Shown here: piece by piece, positions 55,704-64,000 of the stretch | How positions within the stretch are numbered: position 1 is the first letter of the stretch | Layout of the letters: every line of letters starts with the position of its first letter | IMG/VR virus record: IMGVR_UViG_3300001199_000005 | Span: 1-64,000 of that record | DNA from: a virus | Direction: 5' to 3' (one strand) | Length of the DNA stretch: 64,000 nucleotides | Program-made: the position numbers and the translations under genes | The notes under the pieces: model-generated | Told to the model about the DNA's origin: nothing | Databases searched by the model: none | The model's input: the letters and a program-made list of their open reading frames with translations, nothing else

Positions 55704-55802
55704 TGCGGAAAACTGGGGTCGAACCAGTAGAACATATTTCGCTTTAGTTTGTCGAGGTCTAAAGCCTTTGAAATACTGCTTTGCCAATTTGCATATTTCC
55801 AC
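55704..55802 (-). ncRNA. tRNA-like RNA with elongated arm in place of the anticodon stem-loop
   Basis: Acceptor GUGGAAA/UUUCCGC-A; D-arm UGCAAAUUGGCAAAGCA; T-arm ACUGG-UUCGACC-CCAGU; central GUAUUUC..GCUUUAG/CUAAAGC..GAAAUAU. Confidence 0.7.
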
Positions 55803-55808
55803 ATTTTT

Positions 55809-55852
55809 AAAAAGACCTGCCGTGTTTCAATATCCTTCGACACGGCAGGTTT
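55809..55852 (-). terminator. Strong hairpin plus U-run (terminator or processing stem)
   Basis: ACCTGCCGTGT...ACACGGCAGGT-CTTTTT. Confidence 0.65.
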
Positions 55853-55855
55853 GTG

Positions 55856-56002
55856 CAGCGCATCTTTTAGAAAGTTTAATGCTGATGTATCCAAACGTTC
55901 TACCATTTAAACTACTCACCCTTGTTGTTATTGTTTTTGAGGGCAAGAGGGGGCTCGAACCCCTAATTTTTTGGAGGTCTGACTTTCTATATGCAACTGC
56001 TG
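55856..56002 (-). ncRNA. Circularly permuted tRNA-like RNA with YrlA/Y-RNA architecture
   Basis: Order: T-arm (AGGGG-UUCGAGC-CCCCU), acceptor closed by a loop (CUUGCCC...GGGUGAG), D-arm (GUUU-AAAUGGUA-GAAC); ends pair via UCCAAA/UUUGGA, UAGAAAGU/ACUUUCUA, GCAU/AUGC, CAGC/GCUG. Confidence 0.75.
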
Positions 56003-56088
56003 ATAAAGAATAAGCTAAGGCTATCGTTCAACACTAACTACGACAATTTAAACGTTAGGGTGAAGTTTAGACTGAAGCTTAAACGGTC

Positions 56089-56889
56089 TTAAATCTTACC
56101 TCGATGGAGATAAGAAAATATTTTGTTTGCTGTCATTTCTGATTCAACTGCTACAACATCATTAGCAACTTTTAATGCTTCTATAACTGCTGTTAATAAT
56201 CGTGAACGACGAGCAAGGATTTCTGCTCTTTGTGTATGTGTGTATTCTCCTGAAAAACGTTGATGTGAGTAATCACCAAGTTCCAAAGTATTATCTTTTG
56301 TAGCCACCATTGGAGTATACTTAGTGCTAGCATTCTCAATTTTACCAATATTAGGGTCTGGTAAAATGTATTGCTCTTTCACAGTAGTCTTGGTAGTACC
56401 AGTACGTAAAGGAGTTTCGTAGACTGCTCTTGAAGAATACATCTCATTAGTAGTTGGGGCCCAAATCTCATCATCATTACGTACTGGAATATTCTCGTAC
56501 AACTCCTTTAAAGTGCCATTTTCCAACAGTGATTTCAAACGAAGTAACTCTAATGATGAGAATTCACCAAACAATTCTCCATCTACCTCTAACTTTGCCC
56601 TTACTATGCCTTTAGCATTAGTTGCTTCTTGTGCAAATAAAGCATTAATATAATCAGCAGAAGTCCTTTCTAGGAAGTCTAACTTTTCTGCCACAGTTGT
56701 TACTACCAACTTGTTAGAACGCTCGCTTGGAACATCCATAGTTCCTGGTTTTGGCTCGTAACTCTTGCGTTCCCCCTTGAAAGCACCTTGAGAACTTTTA
56801 AAGAACTTTACATAATCTGTAATCATTCCTTTAAATATTGTCGAAAGGTGGTCTGTTTTGGCTAACAGAGTGTTTAACTTTAAGTTCAT
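56089..56889 (-). CDS. Hypothetical helical protein heading the ncRNA operon
   Basis: 266-aa ORF preceded by a promoter and followed directly by the RNAs. Confidence 0.75.
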   Translation of the reverse strand: MNLKLNTLLAKTDHLSTIFKGMITDYVKFFKSSQGAFKGERKSYEPKPGTMDVPSERSNKLVVTTVAEKLDFLERTSADYINALFAQEATNAKGIVRAKLEVDGELFGEFSSLELLRLKSLLENGTLKELYENIPVRNDDEIWAPTTNEMYSSRAVYETPLRTGTTKTTVKEQYILPDPNIGKIENASTKYTPMVATKDNTLELGDYSHQRFSGEYTHTQRAEILARRSRLLTAVIEALKVANDVVAVESEMTANKIFSYLHRGKI

Positions 56890-56939
56890 TTTTTGAAGTT
56901 TATAATTCTTATACTTATGTTTAGAACCTAACGATAGGA

Positions 56940-56969
56940 CAAAGTTAGTAATTATTGCTAATATACCAA
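56940..56969 (-). promoter_or_regulatory. Bacteroidota-type housekeeping promoter
   Basis: TTG-N19-TAACTTTG in the intergenic region upstream of 56889. Confidence 0.65.
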
Positions 56970-56986
56970 CTAAGTCCTAGTTTTTT

Positions 56987-57771
56987 TTATTGGTTGATAT
57001 AGCTCTCCAACTCTTTGATACGTGTTTGGCGAGCTTCTGTGTTAGTAGTAAGCTCCAATGTTTTCAAAGTATCTAATTCAGCCTTCATTTCAGCTTTCGC
57101 TTTGGCTGCTTTCGCTTTATTAGCTACTTCAAGCGCTTCGTTATACTTATACTTAATCAGACCTTCTAGCAATATTTTCCAGGTCGCTGATGTTGAATTT
57201 GGGCTTGTTGGTTTTTCTTGTAGACCGGCTAGGAAACTTGAACGGCTTTCCTTTGCAATATGCTCATTTAAGCGAGACAAAATTGTATCCAAGTGTTCTA
57301 CGGACAAATCCAGCAGCTGCCAAGGTGTCACAGCTGAAGATAAATTCTTTAAAGTTGTTCCTTGTGGTAATGTGGCTCCCGCTATTGATAGGGAGAAGAA
57401 TGCTTCTGCTAAGTTCATTATTAAGTTGATTTAAAGTTATTAATTGAGATAAAATACTCTATTGCGGAATGTGTCAATATGAACATTCCTAAATCTTGCC
57501 TTACAAATGTTTTTGAATAGTAAGGATTATGCAGGCTCAACGAAAGTTGGTTGTATAACCAAGGTAAATGATTCTTGATTAATAACACTACTTTAGCGTA
57601 CTTAATTTTCTTAGCGCCTTTCATGTAAGCTAACCATTGTTCAGCTGATATGTTAGAACAATTACATTTTAAAGTTATACCGTTAGTATCAGCTAAATCA
57701 AGTAATTCTTCTTTACTCATGCTTGTAGTTTTATTTTTTCCATAACAACATCTGTTAACAATTCTCTGCAA
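56987..57771 (-). other. Two hypothetical CDSs (56987-57418, 57421-~57720)
   Basis: Packed ORFs. Confidence 0.6.
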
Positions 57772-58169
57772 ATGTCCGCAGTTTCCTTTTGGGAGGTGGC
57801 ATAGTCGGCATCAGCGGCATAGGTGGCATAGGCGGCGGAGGCGGCGGCATCAGCGGCATAGGCGGCGGCATGGGCGGCATAGGCGGCGGCACTAGACAGC
57901 TCTTCATCGCCTATTTCTCCGTTCCCGTACCTTTCGCAAGCTATCAACGCATGTATGGACGCGTTATCCGCCATCTGGTGTTTAACAGTTGCGGCACACC
58001 TGCCCGCGGTCTTGACAATGAGCCGCTTGTCTATCGACAATTTGCTCGCAAACCACAGCATCCAGTCGCCTCTGCGGCAACTACACCAAGCATGTTTAAA
58101 AGAAGGCTGCTCATTATACCATTCTAATCCATCTTCACATGGGCCATATTTTGTTATATCAAATGTCAT
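57717..58169 (-). CDS. Hypothetical protein with Ala-rich AAY/AAD repeat tract
   Basis: PC.DG..W...W..C.RGDWMLW...AAAYAAHAAAYAADAAASAAYATYAADADYA. Confidence 0.7.
   Translation of the reverse strand: MTFDITKYGPCEDGLEWYNEQPSFKHAWCSCRRGDWMLWFASKLSIDKRLIVKTAGRCAATVKHQMADNASIHALIACERYGNGEIGDEELSSAAAYAAHAAAYAADAAASAAYATYAADADYATSQKETADICRELLTDVVMEKIKLQA
57795..57891 (-). repeat. GC-rich GCC/TAT/GAT codon-repeat tract
   Basis: (GCC)n-TAT/GAT/CAT units in an otherwise AT-rich genome. Confidence 0.8.
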
Positions 58170-58662
58170 TTCTTTTCTAAGTTATGTAATCTCCAATGTG
58201 TTACGATTGTATCTTTGCCTAAAGCTCTTAAGCTTTCTAATTTAGAATCGTGGGAAAAAAGAATTAATTTTTCTTTATAATACACTTTAAGTGCATAATC
58301 TCCCCAAATGGTTCTGTTGTACTCGATTAAGTAATCACCTTGCTTTTCTTTAGTTGTTCTAAAATAAATACTAAGCAGGTATATTATAAAACCAAGTATT
58401 AAAGCTATTATTATTGTTACCATTTTTCAACTTTTAGCACTCTTTTATCTAAACAATGTCCTAAAGTTAATCCTTCTGTTAAAAGATTGCTTACTGTAAC
58501 TTCTGGTAATGTCCCATTGTCATATAATCTCTTCTCCCAAACTTGTAGATGTCTGTCCATATAAAATATGACAAACTTAAACAGTTCCATAGCACCATCA
58601 AACTTATAATTGTTTGTTACTGTGCCAGCTAAAGAGCTAACAGTTTCAGTTATTTTGTACAT
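58166..58662 (-). other. Two hypothetical CDSs (58166-58423, 58417-58662)
   Basis: Packed ORFs. Confidence 0.6.
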
Positions 58663-58823
58663 CTTTATAAATTAAAAGCGCAAGTCCAAAGTCAGATACT
58701 GCTAGTATTATGTAAACAATAGCTAAATCAATTCCTTTGAAGTAATTGAAGTCTAAAGTATATAAGGACATTAATACTGATGGTCCGAATATACAACAAA
58801 ATATTTTTAGTAATTTCATAATT

Positions 58824-58858
58824 AAAAGAACTCCTCCTGAGTAACATCAGGAGGAGGT
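58824..58858 (-). terminator. Intrinsic terminator
   Basis: CTCCTCCTGA...TCAGGAGGAG hairpin plus UUCUUUU after the stop at 58866. Confidence 0.75.
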
Positions 58859-58865
58859 TTTGTTT

Positions 58866-59774
58866 TTAAGCTGCGACTTTCGATTTCTTTTCTTTTTTCG
58901 TTTTCTTTGCTTGTGGTTCAACCACATCAGCAACAACAGGGTTTTCAATTTCGCGTGGCTCTGTTACAATGATAGCAGTAACAGATTCAACAATTTCGAA
59001 TTCAGCATCTTCAGCTTGAGGTTCTGTTGACTCTGTAACTATAGGCACAACTTCAGGAACAACTTCGACAATTGTTTTCGCCTTGATAGAATCCATAATG
59101 TCTTTTACCAATTTGTGTGGCTCTGCTTTCGCTTTAGCTGCAACTTCGACTATATGTTTTGCAGTTGCAACTGTTTCTGCTTTGATAGCCTCTTTTAGCG
59201 CATACTCAATTTTCCTGCGGTTGTTGTCTGCCGCCCTACCCATGTCTGTAAGAGTATAACCCGCTTCTTGCGCCCTTAACTTTCTGCTAATCTCTTCTTT
59301 TTTGTCAAAAGATTTGATGGCAAATTCCAATTTAGCGCTTTCGTATAAGAAGCGTTCGTAAAGTTGTGGCAAAGAATAATCGGCAAAACCAGCGGATTTT
59401 GGCAAATCTTTATAGGAAGTTCTATCGAAATGAAATTCCAACGACCCTTCACAAATAGATTCGAAATACTGCTGAGTTTCTACCGAAGCAATAGTTTCGA
59501 AGGACAGTTCAACTAATTGTTGTTCTAAGATTTTTTTGTCGCCCGCTTCGTGATTCTTTCCTCTGAGAATTATACCGGCAAGATTGGCAGTATACTTCTT
59601 TCTGTACGTATCCAATCTTTGGATGTTGTCAGAATACTGTTTTACTTTGCCTGCTTCGGCACGTTCCTCATCTGTGATAAGTCCTGCTTTCACAGTGATT
59701 TGTTTGTTGGCGCTGTTGAAATCGGCTAAAATTGCAATCAATTCTGCTGATGATAAGTTCTGTAGATTTTTCAT
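58866..59774 (-). CDS. Hypothetical helical protein with acidic then basic tail
   Basis: 302-aa ORF. Confidence 0.65.
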   Translation of the reverse strand: MKNLQNLSSAELIAILADFNSANKQITVKAGLITDEERAEAGKVKQYSDNIQRLDTYRKKYTANLAGIILRGKNHEAGDKKILEQQLVELSFETIASVETQQYFESICEGSLEFHFDRTSYKDLPKSAGFADYSLPQLYERFLYESAKLEFAIKSFDKKEEISRKLRAQEAGYTLTDMGRAADNNRRKIEYALKEAIKAETVATAKHIVEVAAKAKAEPHKLVKDIMDSIKAKTIVEVVPEVVPIVTESTEPQAEDAEFEIVESVTAIIVTEPREIENPVVADVVEPQAKKTKKEKKSKVAA

Positions 59775-59784
59775 TTGTTTTTAA

Positions 59785-60573
59785 TTAAGAGTTGAGAAAA
59801 TTATTTAATGATAAAACATGATTCTTCAGGTTATCAATCTTATTGTAGTTATTCAGGTATGCTTTGTTAAGCACTTCTTCTAACAAAATAATTGCGAACC
59901 TTATCTCAGTAAAGTGTTTTAAAATATACTTTACATTTCTGGATTGCAGGATAATATTATTTTTCCTCCAATGATGGTAGATGTCTTCTACCCCTTTGAT
60001 TGAATAGTGATTTAACACATCTTCAATTTTGTAATCTACGCCTTGATATTCTATCAAGTAAATATAAAAGTCTGGTCTAAGAACACTAAGCATCTTTCTT
60101 TCATGTGCGCCTGTAATTCTTATGTCGTCAAGAACAATTACTGTTCTTCCCCTTAATAAATTGGTATCAATGTATAGTTCATCATTCTTAATAAGCTCGG
60201 TTCTTTCATCTAAATCCATACTACAATAAGGCTCGTTATGCCTAATTATTCTATGTACTTTAGTTAGATGTATCCTTTGCTTATAGAAAGTAGCTAATCT
60301 TTGAACGATAAATTCAGATAACACAAAGATTGGATTTGCTAGATTATCAGAACTGCCAGCCACTATAACAATTTCTTCATCTGTGGTTATAATACTTATA
60401 ACATAATTAGCAAATTCTTCTGCGAGCTTTTTAGTAGCTGTTATTACTCCATACTTATATTGACTATAAAGAGTGAGAATTAATTCATCTACTTCTCTTA
60501 TGTCTTTAAAGTTATGAAGGGCTAAAGTGCTGGCATGTTCTTGTATGTGATTTCTGTAATCTTCTCTCCCCAT
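59785..60573 (-). CDS. Phosphoribosyltransferase-fold protein
   Basis: YSQYKYG and PRPP-binding loop VIVLDDIRITGAHE. Confidence 0.75.
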   Translation of the reverse strand: MGREDYRNHIQEHASTLALHNFKDIREVDELILTLYSQYKYGVITATKKLAEEFANYVISIITTDEEIVIVAGSSDNLANPIFVLSEFIVQRLATFYKQRIHLTKVHRIIRHNEPYCSMDLDERTELIKNDELYIDTNLLRGRTVIVLDDIRITGAHERKMLSVLRPDFYIYLIEYQGVDYKIEDVLNHYSIKGVEDIYHHWRKNNIILQSRNVKYILKHFTEIRFAIILLEEVLNKAYLNNYNKIDNLKNHVLSLNNFLNS

Positions 60574-62972
60574 TCTTTTTCAAAGTAAGTCTTCAATTGT
60601 TCAGCTGTATCACAGTAGATTTTAATACTGTTATTCTGCAAGATAGCAAAACGTGCATTAAGCTCTATTCTGTATTGATGTGTTGAATCTTTGACTGTGA
60701 CATTTACATTCCACGGTGGATTAAGATTACTAAACTCTACCTTCATACTCTTCCCAAATTTCAATCTTAGCGCTAATCTTCTTCATGGTTAAGGTGATTA
60801 CATGTGATATACCTTCTTCTTCCAACAAATTCTGATATTGTTCAAGCAATTTACTATATTCAATATATTCATCCTCCGATTCTATTGGCAAAGATTTGGG
60901 TAAGCCAAAAGTTATCTTACATTTGTTTAAGTCATCTGTAAAATTTCTCAATAACTTTAGTTCAATACCAACTAGACGAAAATCAGAAAGAGTTAGTGTT
61001 CCATTATTGAATATATACCAACTTAATCCTTGCTCTGTATATGTTTCCGCAAAGACTATACATTCGTCAACAGTTAATATTTCTTGAACACCGTTGAAAT
61101 TGTCTCTGTATAACCACTCACCGTGGCTATTAAAGCCTACCGCTAAGGGTAGGCCTTTATATGGTTTTAACTTCATGGTTTTTCCGCGAGCATTGCTAAG
61201 AGTTCGCTAAAATCAAGGTCAATTTTGGGAATTTCTGGTCTGGTGTTAACTCCTACTTTAAAAAAGGTCAGAGCAATTTCTTTATCACCGTTTAAATGTG
61301 GTAATAACTTTTCAATTACTTCGCTATTTTTAACTTCATCATATACTACTAAAATTTCTGAGAGTTTTTCAAAAATCTCATCATTTCTTTCTTTGCTAAT
61401 ACCTAAAGCAGCATTTAAAGAATCTTTAGTGTGGTCAATAGGTGTCTCTGTTTGAACAACTCCAGGAATATTCAAACCTATTCCAACTGCTACTAATTTT
61501 TCAGCGTCTTCTAACGAGTCGCATTTGAATGTTATTCTGTGCATAATCTTTTTATATTGTAAACTTGTTTGTTGTACTAACATAGTTGGCAATGAGTTTA
61601 GCCAACGTTACAAACTTCTTGATTGAGAAGTCTTCCGAAGATACTGTATGAGTAACGACATTGTCTGCTAGCCTGCTGCTAGCAATTTTTACGCCTTTAC
61701 TTCTACAAAATTGGTCATTATCACTACATCTTGCAGCGCTAAAATTAATGGTTTTACCATCAACTGACTCTTTAGCCACAACTGTAGCTCTGTTTTTGAC
61801 CGTATGCGGGGAATGAAATATGTACATCATTAATAGATTTTTTTAAGTTCTCTGGACGCTTTGCAGATTGCTGCATCCGCTTTGATTTGAATTCTTCTGT
61901 TTATAATCCTTTGTACAAGATTAGCTAATGCTCGTAAGCATTTGACTTCTTCTTGTTCCGTCTTACAACTATTATAAGATTTCTTTAGTTGCTTCTTCTC
62001 TGCTAATAACTGAAGCAATTCGCTGTCGGTTACTTTCTCTGGTTTTGTTGTTGTGCTCATATTCCTTCAAATTTGATATTCTGATGTTTACAAAGCCTTC
62101 TAACAGCTTTCTCATACAAACCTACTCTATTTGGGCCACTGTAAGTATTCAGTATTTCCCAAATCTTATTCTCAAGAAACCACTTTGCGTAAGCTTCTGA
62201 AATAACTGTGACGGGTGCATTCAATTCAATCTCAAGGTTTGAACCTTTTACTTTAATTGAACTTGGACTACACCATTTCTTAAATTGTTCAGGCTTCCAC
62301 CCGACAATTATCCAAGAGTCTTCTATTATTTGCATATCTTGTTGTATAAATAAACGAATGTTTTAATTATAGTACACCTGTCCCGCTGAATCTGTTTTTT
62401 CTTTAAACAGCACTATACGTTCATAAAATTGTTGGTACGACTTTGATGTATCTATACTTTCTGATTTTGGAAAGTGGTTGAACGGGTCCATAAAGTCGTG
62501 TGCCCAATAACTTACTTTTTGTATTATTGGAGTTAAAGGTCTAACGTCGTAGTATCCTTTTATTTGCTTTTCAACTTTGGTTATATAATAAGTCTTATAA
62601 TAACATTCGTTAAGCTTAACAATTGTATATATTACTCTGTCTAAATTAATCCAACCAAGTATTTCTACTTCTTGGTCTATAGGTAGACTTATGAAACACA
62701 TTTGTTCTATTATGTGCTTCGACAGATTAATAACCTTTAATTCAACTTTTGCTTCCATTTTGATATGTTTAAAATGTTATAAGTTCTAAACGTACAGACC
62801 ACCAATAGACTTGGTAGAAAAAACTTGGGTAAAATATCCACCATACATGTGGTGATATTTTAACGGTGTACCACTGATATGGTAATGTCAATGCATTACC
62901 AAGCCATATGCTTACGGCAAACCACAAATTCAAAATCATAATTCCTGCTGTAAATACAAATACGTAGTTCAT
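60522..62972 (-). other. Eight short hypothetical CDSs (60522-60764, 60730-61176, 61173-61592, 61552-61830, 61830-62060, 62057-62335, 62363-62758, 62769-62972)
   Basis: Packed minus-strand ORFs. Confidence 0.65.
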
Positions 62973-63069
62973 TGTCTTTCCTGTTTAAGGTTTTTAATTC
63001 TGAAGTTCTATTTAGTAATAAAAAAAAATAGTGAATACAAATACAAAAACTATGGTTCGATACCAAGGG

Positions 63070-63152
63070 TCCCGTTGAAGGGACTCGAACCCTCACGACT
63101 TTCGTCAAGGGTTTTTAAGACTCTCATGTGCTACCAATTTCATCACAACGAG
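63070..63152 (-). tRNA. tRNA-Leu (UAA)
   Basis: Acceptor CUCGUUG/CAACGGG-A; loop CU-UAA-AA; long variable arm; GAGGG-UUCGAGU-CCCUU. Confidence 0.85.
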
Positions 63153-63158
63153 ATATTG

Positions 63159-63242
63159 TACCTTTAGAGAGATTCCAACTCTCAATTCCTCTCGGAAAAC
63201 GGGGTCTAAATCCGTTGCGTTTTGCAGTTTCGCCATAAAGGT
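63159..63242 (-). tRNA. tRNA-Leu (UAG), atypical D and T loops
   Basis: Acceptor ACCUUUA/UAAAGGU-A; loop UU-UAG-AC; long variable arm; T-loop UUGGAAU. Confidence 0.75.
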
Positions 63243-63334
63243 GTGTAGTGTCTTTGAGATTTAAACTCAATTTTATTTAGTAACTAAGAAATCAATAGTC
63301 AGTATAGTAAAGGTTGAACTTACATGCTATATTT

Positions 63335-63985
63335 TTAAAATTTTGATTTTATCCATTTCCTAATAGCATTGTCTGATACTCCATATTTTCTGCCAGTTCC
63401 ACAATATCCTAAATGTGATACATCATCCAATAATATTTCTAAAGCAGGTCTAATTGTTTTTCTACTAGATATTAAATAACTTTTTCTTAGTTCGGTGAGT
63501 TCTTTTGTAGTTTTCTTTTTAGCTTTTTCTTTTCTATTATTTTCCCTATCTTTTTTTGTTTTCAGCGAATGACAGTTTGGACAAAGTATTTGTAAATTTT
63601 TAAGGGAATTATCTAAATGGTTAGAATTTATATGGTCTAATTCTAATGGTATTTTTTCACTACACCATGTACTTAGTCCACAAAGTTCACATTCATCTTT
63701 TTTATAACCCTCGTTAATTAATCTTTTTCTTAACCCGCTACTAGCAATACCCCTTTTTCCAGATAAATAATCATCAATTGGGTATTTAAGTCCTTTAGGT
63801 TTTGAATTAAATGGTTTGCTACCAGTAAAATGTGTGTTGTCTATATTAAAAAACATACTTACTTTTTTAATATGTGATTGTGAACCGCCTCTTGTAGATA
63901 GATTTAATTTTCTACACACCTCAGACCAGTTATAACTACTTTTTACGATTAATTCGAGTTCTTCTTTTTTGTATTTAGTTTTCAT
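63335..63985 (-). CDS. HNH homing endonuclease
   Basis: CELCG...LELDHINSNHLDNSLKNLQILCPNCHS; C-terminal HTH-like GRKYGVSDNAIRKW. Confidence 0.88.
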   Translation of the reverse strand: MKTKYKKEELELIVKSSYNWSEVCRKLNLSTRGGSQSHIKKVSMFFNIDNTHFTGSKPFNSKPKGLKYPIDDYLSGKRGIASSGLRKRLINEGYKKDECELCGLSTWCSEKIPLELDHINSNHLDNSLKNLQILCPNCHSLKTKKDRENNRKEKAKKKTTKELTELRKSYLISSRKTIRPALEILLDDVSHLGYCGTGRKYGVSDNAIRKWIKSKF

Positions 63986-64000
63986 TGTAATTTTTAGTAG

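Noticed and set aside
55670-56013. ORFs 55670-55906 (-) and 55768-56013 (+)
   Set aside because: They overlap structured tRNA-like RNAs and a terminator-like hairpin and have no protein motifs
57795-57891. Diversity-generating retroelement variable region
   Set aside because: No second template copy or reverse transcriptase in the window
793-61455. Plus-strand ORFs in the track (e.g. 793-978, 20232-20510, 41922-42344, 57015-57434, 57789-58127)
   Set aside because: Antisense shadows of minus-strand genes or RNAs; the Gly-rich 57789 ORF is just the reverse of the Ala repeat
62896-63108. 70-aa minus-strand ORF
   Set aside because: It starts inside tRNA-Leu and overlaps the next gene

Overview
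AT-rich segment of a large dsDNA phage genome with essentially all genes on the minus strand. The host is probably Bacteroidota (TAnnTTTG/TTG promoters). The window has a crAss-like replication module (PolA, SF2 helicase, DnaB, Sak4-like ATPase, primase, exonuclease, UDG, rIIA/rIIB-like), two ThyX-like genes, RNA-repair enzymes, candidate anti-defence genes (Tad1-like, Tad2-like, NADAR, macrodomain), two tRNA-Leu genes and many small hypothetical ORFs. Three self-splicing elements can be reconstructed by hand: an HNH intein in ThyX, a LAGLIDADG-carrying group I intron in PolA motif A, and an ORF-less group I intron in the helicase Walker A motif. The most unusual content is non-coding. (1) At 54969-55697 there is a tandem array of eight RNA cassettes, each with a covarying 8-bp stem plus a conserved YACAACU motif framing a different tRNA fragment (anticodon arms for UAU, UUG, GAU, GCU, UUU, UGA). 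It lies next to a YrlA/Y-RNA-like permuted tRNA and an anticodon-less tRNA, just upstream of a Ro60/TROVE-like vWA protein. (2) At 20042-20313 there is an apparent mimic of the 23S rRNA L11-binding GTPase-associated centre, split by a ~200-nt insert, directly behind the RNA ligase gene and followed by another tRNA-like RNA. All calls come from manual reading and motif recognition; no searches were run.
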